Shown piece after piece: positions 46,429-51,460 of a stretch of DNA of 51,460 bases. This DNA comes from an uncultured Clostridia bacterium. GTDB lineage: Bacteria; Bacillota; Clostridia; Peptostreptococcales; Anaerovoracaceae. The notes beneath the pieces are model-generated. The model was not told the DNA's origin, ran no database searches, and saw only the letters and a program-made list of their open reading frames with translations. Position numbers and translations under genes: made by a program. Location of the stretch: contig CALWNX010000025.1 in NCBI GenBank assembly GCA_944382925.1, positions 1 to 51,460 of the forward strand. The letters run 5' to 3'. Within the stretch, counting starts at the first letter, position 1. Each line of letters starts with the position of its first letter.

Positions 46429-47850
46429 ATGCTCAGCAGATATGTAGAACAGCTTCTGAATATCTACAATTACATCGACGGGATCATCATTACCGACAAG
46501 GACGGATATGTCGAGTATTACAAGAATTTCCGCCCTGATTTGAACAACCTCAAGGAATCTGAGGTGCGCCGCAAGCATATCACGGAGGTCTATCCCGATC
46601 TGACTGAGGAAACCAGCAGCATTCTCAAGGTGCTGAAAACCGGCAAGCCTATCTCCAACGAATTTCAGGTGCTCAAGACCTTTAAGGGGCAGAGCATCAA
46701 CGCTATCAATTCTACCCTGCCCATCAGGCAGGACGACGAAATCATCGGCGCGGTAGATGTATCCCGCTACCTTGATCCGCCGTACCAGCGGCAGGACATC
46801 GTCATTTCCCTCAAGAAGAACGTCGCCGCCACCAACCTTTATACGGTCGACGACATCATCACCCATTCGCGGGAAATGGAGATGCTCAAGGAGCGCATTC
46901 CAATGGTAGCGGATACCGACTCTACCGTGCTGATCTACGGCGAAACCGGCACCGGCAAGGAGATGGTCGCGCAGTCCATCCACACCTCCAGCCGCCGCCG
47001 CGGTCATAAGTTCATTTCGCAGAACTGCGCCGCGATCCCGGCCAACCTGCTGGAGAGCATTCTGTTCGGCACCGTCCGGGGCAGCTACACGGGGGCGGAA
47101 AACAAGCCGGGGCTCTTTGAGGTCGCACACGGCGGCACGCTCTTTCTCGACGAGATCAACTCGATGGAAAAAAGCGTGCAGTCCAAGATCCTCAAGGCCA
47201 TCGAGGAAAAGCAGGTTACGCGCCTGGGCGGCTATGAACCGATCAAGACCGATGTCAAGATCATCTCGGCGATCAACAGCGATCCGCTCAAATGCGTGGA
47301 AGAGGGGCGCATCAGGAACGACCTCTTCTACCGCCTCAGCGTTGTGCAGCTCAACATACCGCCGCTCAGACGTAGGCGCGAGGACCTGTTCCACCTGGCG
47401 GACAGCTTTATCGCTGAATTCAACAGGAGCATGCACCGGGACATCATGGGACTTGACGAAGAGGTCAAGGAGCTTTTCAGCGCCTACGACTGGCCCGGCA
47501 ACGTGCGCGAGCTACGCAACATCATTGAGGGCGCCTTTAACGTGGCCGGCAGCCGCTTCATTCAGGTCGGCGACTTGCCTGCATACCTGACCAGAAGGCT
47601 CTTTTCGCGGCAGACGGCTGACTATCCGCAGGCGGGCCTGCAGGCGCAGAGCGGAAACGAACCGGAGACCTGCCTCACGCTCGAGCAGGCCGTGCAGCAG
47701 TACGAGCGGGACTTTATCCTGCGGGCCATAAAGGCCACGGACAGTCTGGTAGAGGCCGCCGCGCTGCTGGGGCTGAGCAAGCAGAACCTCAACTACAAGC
47801 TGCATAAGCTGGGCATCGGCAAGGAGGAAACGCAGCGGCCAGGCAAATAG
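46429..47850 (+). CDS. sigma-54-dependent transcriptional activator (PAS-like sensor + AAA+ + Fis-type HTH; RocR-like architecture)
   Basis: Walker A GETGTGKE, GAFTGA-variant GSYTGA, GGTLFLDEI, WPGNVRELRN, and C-terminal HTH (EAAALLGLSKQNLNYKLHKLGI). ~150-aa N-terminal PAS-like domain. Confidence 0.9.
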   Translation: MLSRYVEQLLNIYNYIDGIIITDKDGYVEYYKNFRPDLNNLKESEVRRKHITEVYPDLTEETSSILKVLKTGKPISNEFQVLKTFKGQSINAINSTLPIRQDDEIIGAVDVSRYLDPPYQRQDIVISLKKNVAATNLYTVDDIITHSREMEMLKERIPMVADTDSTVLIYGETGTGKEMVAQSIHTSSRRRGHKFISQNCAAIPANLLESILFGTVRGSYTGAENKPGLFEVAHGGTLFLDEINSMEKSVQSKILKAIEEKQVTRLGGYEPIKTDVKIISAINSDPLKCVEEGRIRNDLFYRLSVVQLNIPPLRRRREDLFHLADSFIAEFNRSMHRDIMGLDEEVKELFSAYDWPGNVRELRNIIEGAFNVAGSRFIQVGDLPAYLTRRLFSRQTADYPQAGLQAQSGNEPETCLTLEQAVQQYERDFILRAIKATDSLVEAAALLGLSKQNLNYKLHKLGIGKEETQRPGK

Positions 47851-47855
47851 GACTA

Positions 47856-47927
47856 CGGCTGAATTCACAAAGAAAATCCTGCATCTGTAAAAATTTTCTT
47901 TACTAATTCTGTAAAGATAGTTTTTAC
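47856..47927 (+). promoter_or_regulatory. candidate enhancer (UAS) for the sigma-54 activator upstream of P2
   Basis: CGGCTGAATTC (47856-66), then two CTGTAAA-N7-TTTAC dyads (47885-47903 and 47909-47927), roughly 95-120 nt upstream of the predicted start site. The first part is repeated upstream of P1. Confidence 0.45.
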
Positions 47928-47986
47928 CGGTACAGGATTTTTTTACTGTTTAAAGCTGAAAGCAGTCTGCATTATGGCTTTCAGGC

Positions 47987-48002
47987 TGGCATAAAATGTG
48001 CA
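47987..48002 (+). promoter_or_regulatory. sigma-54 (-24/-12) promoter P2
   Basis: TGGCAT-AAAAT-GTGCA. GG and GC are at the same spacing as in P1. Lies 42 nt upstream of the ATG at 48044. Confidence 0.6.
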
Positions 48003-48043
48003 ATAAGATTAAGATATAAAAACAATGCAAAGGAGGAAGCAAG

Positions 48044-49441
48044 ATGCCAACGTTAAATGACAAGAAAAAGAAAAAGCTCGCTTTTCCGAGCAGCATCCTG
48101 ATGCTGTTTATCATCATCGTCATTATCACGCTGCTGACCTGGATCGTTCCCGGAGGAAGCTATGAGCGCGTCCTCGATGAGAGCACCGGCCAGACGACAG
48201 TAGTACCGGGCAGCTTCGAGTACACCGAGAAAACGCCTGTAGGCCCATTCGACATGTTTGTAGCCTTGCCGAAGGGCTGTATACAGGTAGCGCAGATCCT
48301 CTTCATCATGATCTTCGCTTATTACTGGACTTATTCGGTAATGCAGTCGGGAGCTCTTTCCGCTCTGTTCAACCGGCTGCTGACGGGCAAAACCAAGGAA
48401 AACAAGTTCTTCATTCCGATCTGTATGACCGTCTTTTCCCTGGCCGGCTCGACCTACGGCGCCATGGACTCCGTCTGGGGTCTGATTCCTGTGTTCACGG
48501 CTTTGGCCATCGCGATGGGCTACGATGCGCTGGTAGGCGTCAGCATCACCGCCGTGGCAACCTTTACCGGCTTTGCCGCTGCGACTACCAACCCGTACAC
48601 GATCGCGGTCGCTCAGTCGATCAGTGAGCTGCCGCTTTATTCCGGCCTGGGCCTCAGATGGGTGGTATGGTTCGTATTTACAGGTACAACTATTCTCTTT
48701 GTCATGAGATACGCCTCCAAGATCAAGAAGGACCCGACCAAGAGTCTGGTATACGGACTTGACTATTCGGACTTCAAGCTGGACGACACGGTTGAGGAAT
48801 TCACCACCAAGCACAAGGTCATCCTCTTCGGCATGCTGGTAACCATCGGCATCATCGTCTGGGGTACGCTGGCGGCAGGTTGGTATCTGGATGAGATGAG
48901 CGCCACCTTTATCATTTCGGCCATCATCACCAACATCATCGCCGGCAAGAAGCCTGAGACCATGGTAGATTATCTGGCGACGGCCCTGGCAGGCATGGCC
49001 AAGGCGATGCTGGCGGTCGGCTTCTCGCGCGCCATCCTGGTTATCATCACCGAGGGCAACATCCTCGATACCGGTATCAACTTCTTCACCGGCTTCATGG
49101 AAGATATGCCGCAGTGGCTGGCAGGCGAAATGATGCTGGTAGTACAGAACATCATCAACTTCTTCATTCCTTCGGGAAGCGGTCAGGCGGCGGCCATCAT
49201 GCCTATCATGACCCCGATCGCAGACCTCGTGGGCGTGAACAGGCAGATCGCGGTACTGGCATACCAGTTCGGCGACGGCTTCTCCAACATGCTGTGGCCG
49301 ACTGCCTCCTGCGTAATCATGTGCAGTATCGCCAAGATTCCTCTGAACAAGTGGTACAGATGGTTCCTGCCGCTGTTCGGTATCTTCTTCGTCCTGCAGG
49401 TGATCTTCATCTTTATCGCTACGATGATCAACTACAGCTGA
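48044..49441 (+). CDS. YfcC-family transporter (DcuC-like fold; putative basic amino acid antiporter type)
   Basis: 465 aa with ~11-12 TM helices. N-terminus (KKKLAFPSSILMLFIIIVIITLLTWIVPGGSYE) is typical of YfcC proteins. Second sigma-54 promoter 42 nt upstream. Confidence 0.75.
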   Translation: MPTLNDKKKKKLAFPSSILMLFIIIVIITLLTWIVPGGSYERVLDESTGQTTVVPGSFEYTEKTPVGPFDMFVALPKGCIQVAQILFIMIFAYYWTYSVMQSGALSALFNRLLTGKTKENKFFIPICMTVFSLAGSTYGAMDSVWGLIPVFTALAIAMGYDALVGVSITAVATFTGFAAATTNPYTIAVAQSISELPLYSGLGLRWVVWFVFTGTTILFVMRYASKIKKDPTKSLVYGLDYSDFKLDDTVEEFTTKHKVILFGMLVTIGIIVWGTLAAGWYLDEMSATFIISAIITNIIAGKKPETMVDYLATALAGMAKAMLAVGFSRAILVIITEGNILDTGINFFTGFMEDMPQWLAGEMMLVVQNIINFFIPSGSGQAAAIMPIMTPIADLVGVNRQIAVLAYQFGDGFSNMLWPTASCVIMCSIAKIPLNKWYRWFLPLFGIFFVLQVIFIFIATMINYS

Positions 49442-49465
49442 TAAAACGCTCGAAAGGATTTCGCG

Positions 49466-50644
49466 ATGAAAGACGAAAAAGAATTGCGGGCCCGCCTCTT
49501 CGAGGCGCTGGCCAAGTTTGAAAAGGAAATATATGCGCTCAGCGATTTCATGGCCGCAAACCCGGAGCTGGGGAGAGAGGAGTTTAAGGCTTCGGCGGCG
49601 ATCGTGGAGCTGCTGCGCAAAAACGGGATTGAAACGGAAATTCCGTTCGATGGTTTTGAGACCGGCTTTTGCGGCCGCATCAATCCGGATAAGAAAAGAA
49701 GAGCCGCGCTTTTAGCCGAATACGACGCTCTGCAGGGCATGGGTCATGCCTGCGGACACTGCGCCAGCGGCAGCGCCAGCGTGTGGGCCGCCCTTGCTCT
49801 CAACGAGCTGCGCGATGAGCTCGACTTCGGTATCGACATTATCGGTACGCCTGATGAGGAACGCCGCGGAGCCAAGTGCTACATGGCTGACGATGGCATT
49901 TTCGATCATTACGATTTTGCCGCCATGGTCCACATGGGGCCGGTGAGCACCGTGGACGCCAAGATGATCGCGCTCGACGGCCTCAACATCAGATGGCACG
50001 GCAGAGCGGCTCATGCCGCCTCTGCTCCGCAGGAGGGCATCAATGCCTTCAATGCGGCCCGTCTCTTCTTTGACGCTGTGGACATGATGAGACAGCACAT
50101 TGTGCAGGAAGCGCGCCTGCACGGTTATCTGCGCAGCGCCGGCACGGCTGCCAACATCGTGCCGGATCTGGCCGAGGTCACTTTCCTGGCCAGAGCACCT
50201 AAGCGCAAAGATCTCAACGGCATTACCGCCTGGGTCAAAGACTGTGCGCAGGCAGCCGCCATGGCCACCCACGCGACGGTCGAGATCGAGCCTTCCGGCT
50301 TGCCGTTCCACGAGCTTTACATCAGCGAGGCCGGCCGCCGGCTGATGGAAGAGTGTTTCGCGGACCTGGGCATTGTCCCTGACAATGGAACGGTTGGCAT
50401 GACAGGCTCTTCCGACATCGGCAACGTGGATTATCACTGCCCTGCCTTCCATCCTATCATGGGTATCGGCCGGCCGTATCAGTGTCACACCGTTGAATTC
50501 GCCGAGGTCATGCAGACCGATGAAACGCATGCGGCCATCAAAAACGCCGCCAGCTATCTGCTGACCCTGTGCGCCAAGCTTTATGCAGATCAGGAGCTCC
50601 TTGCCGCGGTGCAGGAAGAGCACCGTGCATATAGAAACGCTTGA
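49466..50644 (+). CDS. M20-family amidohydrolase (aminoacylase/AbgA-HipO-like subgroup)
   Basis: 392 aa. MGHACGHCASG metal-binding motif, GTPDEE, and an HGRAAHAASAPQEGINA dimerisation-domain motif. Confidence 0.8.
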   Translation: MKDEKELRARLFEALAKFEKEIYALSDFMAANPELGREEFKASAAIVELLRKNGIETEIPFDGFETGFCGRINPDKKRRAALLAEYDALQGMGHACGHCASGSASVWAALALNELRDELDFGIDIIGTPDEERRGAKCYMADDGIFDHYDFAAMVHMGPVSTVDAKMIALDGLNIRWHGRAAHAASAPQEGINAFNAARLFFDAVDMMRQHIVQEARLHGYLRSAGTAANIVPDLAEVTFLARAPKRKDLNGITAWVKDCAQAAAMATHATVEIEPSGLPFHELYISEAGRRLMEECFADLGIVPDNGTVGMTGSSDIGNVDYHCPAFHPIMGIGRPYQCHTVEFAEVMQTDETHAAIKNAASYLLTLCAKLYADQELLAAVQEEHRAYRNA

Positions 50645-50701
50645 TCACCCACAATTGTATCAGGCAAAGCAATTTGCTTGTACATCTTTTTCTTGTAGTT
50701 A

Positions 50702-50735
50702 GCAAAGGGATGGCCTTGGGGCCATCCTTTTGCGT
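50702..50735 (+). terminator. intrinsic terminator after the M20 amidohydrolase gene
   Basis: GCAAAGGGATGGCC-TTGG-GGCCATCCTTTTGC stem-loop with a T-rich 3' side. Confidence 0.7.
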
Positions 50736-50887
50736 AGACTGTAGACAAATCCCCAAACAACTTCATTTGTGAATTTATCCGGGGGTGCTGGCTTTCTCTT
50801 CGTTTAATTGGTAAATGTTGTAGTTTTTTTGAAGATGTGAACTTCTGTTAGAGAACATATACAACTGAATACGGATTTGTCTGATGG
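50735..50887 (-). repeat. family-2 element, short (153-bp) internally deleted copy L, inverted orientation
   Basis: TAGACTGTAGACAAATCCCC plus the next ~75 nt align at ~85% with the reverse complement of 24118-24216. The other end is GGATTTGTCTGATGG (50873-87). Confidence 0.45.
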
Positions 50888-50888
50888 C

Positions 50889-50947
50889 AAGCACTTGCAA
50901 CTATCCGAGAAAAGAACGGATATATGCAGGTGCTTTTCTTTTTGAAA
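50889..50947 (+). terminator. second terminator-like hairpin after the short family-2 copy
   Basis: AAGCACTTGCA...TGCAGGTGCTT (11 bp including one G-U pair) with inner TATCCG/CGGATA. Followed by TTCTTTTTG. Confidence 0.45.
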
Positions 50948-51308
50948 AAATCAGAACACAGTGTCCAAAATCGGCTATCCGCACGGGCTGTAAGGTAGGG
51001 GGCAAGTCTGCCCATATGTACCTTGAAAACTTCACAGCAGCCGTCAGAGGGATACCTGCCGCAACGGACAGCAGGCGATGATATGAGCCTGCCCATTGCT
51101 TAATCCATGCACAGCATAGACAGTGAAAACGTCGCTTTGGGAAAGCGTGGAACCGTATGGAATGGCTGTGCTTACATATCCCCGTCCTTGTGGCAGGGAT
51201 ATAAAAAATTTTAAGGAGGTCGAATGCCTATGGACAAGTATGCAACAACCAGACGAAAGCGGAAGGAGGACACCCATGCAAAAGCTGAACATGAATATAA
51301 CTGAATTT

Positions 51309-51460
51309 CTAATTGTTTTGAAGCAATACTCGAACTGCTTGCGGCGTTTCTCCAAATCTCTGCTGAAAGATATGGTAGAAATTTGATACTCCATGATAGC
51401 CAACTGCTTTTGCGATGTCGCCAGTGGACATATCGCTTTTTTCAAGAAGCTCCAGAGCAA
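51309..51460 (-). CDS. AraC-family transcriptional regulator, C-terminal end only (continues beyond window)
   Basis: The minus-strand frame reads ALELLEKSDMSTGDIAKAVGYHGVSNFYHIFQQRFGETPQAVRVLLQNN*, the classic second HTH of AraC/XylS. Stop codon at 51309-51311. The track ORF 51044..51460 is in a different, non-homologous frame. Confidence 0.7.
   Translation of the reverse strand, partial: ALELLEKSDMSTGDIAKAVGYHGVSNFYHIFQQRFGETPQAVRVLLQNN

Noticed and set aside
45412-47436. A 674-aa minus-strand ORF, one of several long antisense ORFs. Others include 664-2148, 2233-3612, 11345-12862, 12874-14451, 18639-19970, 27192-29036 and 29503-30384.
   Set aside because: Each lies antisense to a + or - strand gene with clear family motifs. 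Some span two genes and the spacer between them. Their translations are Arg/Gly/His/Val-rich low-complexity sequence, typical of the antisense frame of GC-rich coding DNA. None has an SD.
51044-51460. The track ORF of 138 aa on the minus strand at the window end.
   Set aside because: Its upstream part is an out-of-frame reading of the AraC HTH region, whose correct frame gives a textbook AraC C-terminus ending at 51309. The remainder (GYVSTAIPYGSTLSQSDVFTVYAVHGLSNGQAHIIA) matches nothing I recognise.

Overview
This is a 51.5-kb chromosomal segment from a fairly GC-rich Firmicutes/Clostridia-type anaerobe. That placement rests on gene content: an rnfCDGEAB operon, thiolase, GlnRS, ECF sigma factors, and AGGAGG-type ribosome-binding sites. 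I support 46 coding regions, mostly on the + strand and mostly housekeeping. They include a UPF0182 membrane protein, type-III-like glutamine synthetase, serS, a five-gene peptide ABC transporter plus pepD, a TetR-controlled pair (LOR/SDH-like protein and Orn/Lys/Arg decarboxylase), and rnfCDGEAB. They also include two ECF sigma/anti-sigma pairs, an Amidohydro_3 hydrolase, an EFR1-type ferredoxin, the Gx-transporter/NusG-II/ApbE flavinylation module, and a MocR regulator with an ECF S-component. The remainder are patatin, Sir2/CobB, surE, isochorismatase, DUF2156, a VanY-like peptidase, glnS and the 3' end of an AraC regulator. I see no rRNA, tRNA, CRISPR array, transposase, integrase or recognisable defence genes. 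Two things stand out. (1) At 44.8-50.6 kb there is a sigma-54-dependent locus. Two good -24/-12 promoters and a motif shared upstream of both drive a short arginine-deiminase/amidinotransferase-fold enzyme, a RocR-like activator, a YfcC-family transporter and an M20 amidohydrolase. I cannot assign this combination to a described pathway. (2) Every long intergenic gap (eight gaps of about 0.3-0.67 kb in an otherwise tightly packed region) is built from the same non-coding vocabulary. One component is a ~450-bp element with terminal inverted repeats. It occurs twice, each time flanked by a 29-33-bp duplication of the local intrinsic-terminator hairpin, and two truncated copies are also present. 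A second component is a ~160-230-bp element present three times with a 61-nt near-identical core. These are accompanied by GC-rich 14-17-bp tandem arrays and locus-specific short words repeated in both orientations. All family assignments come from motif recognition by eye, and no database search was run.
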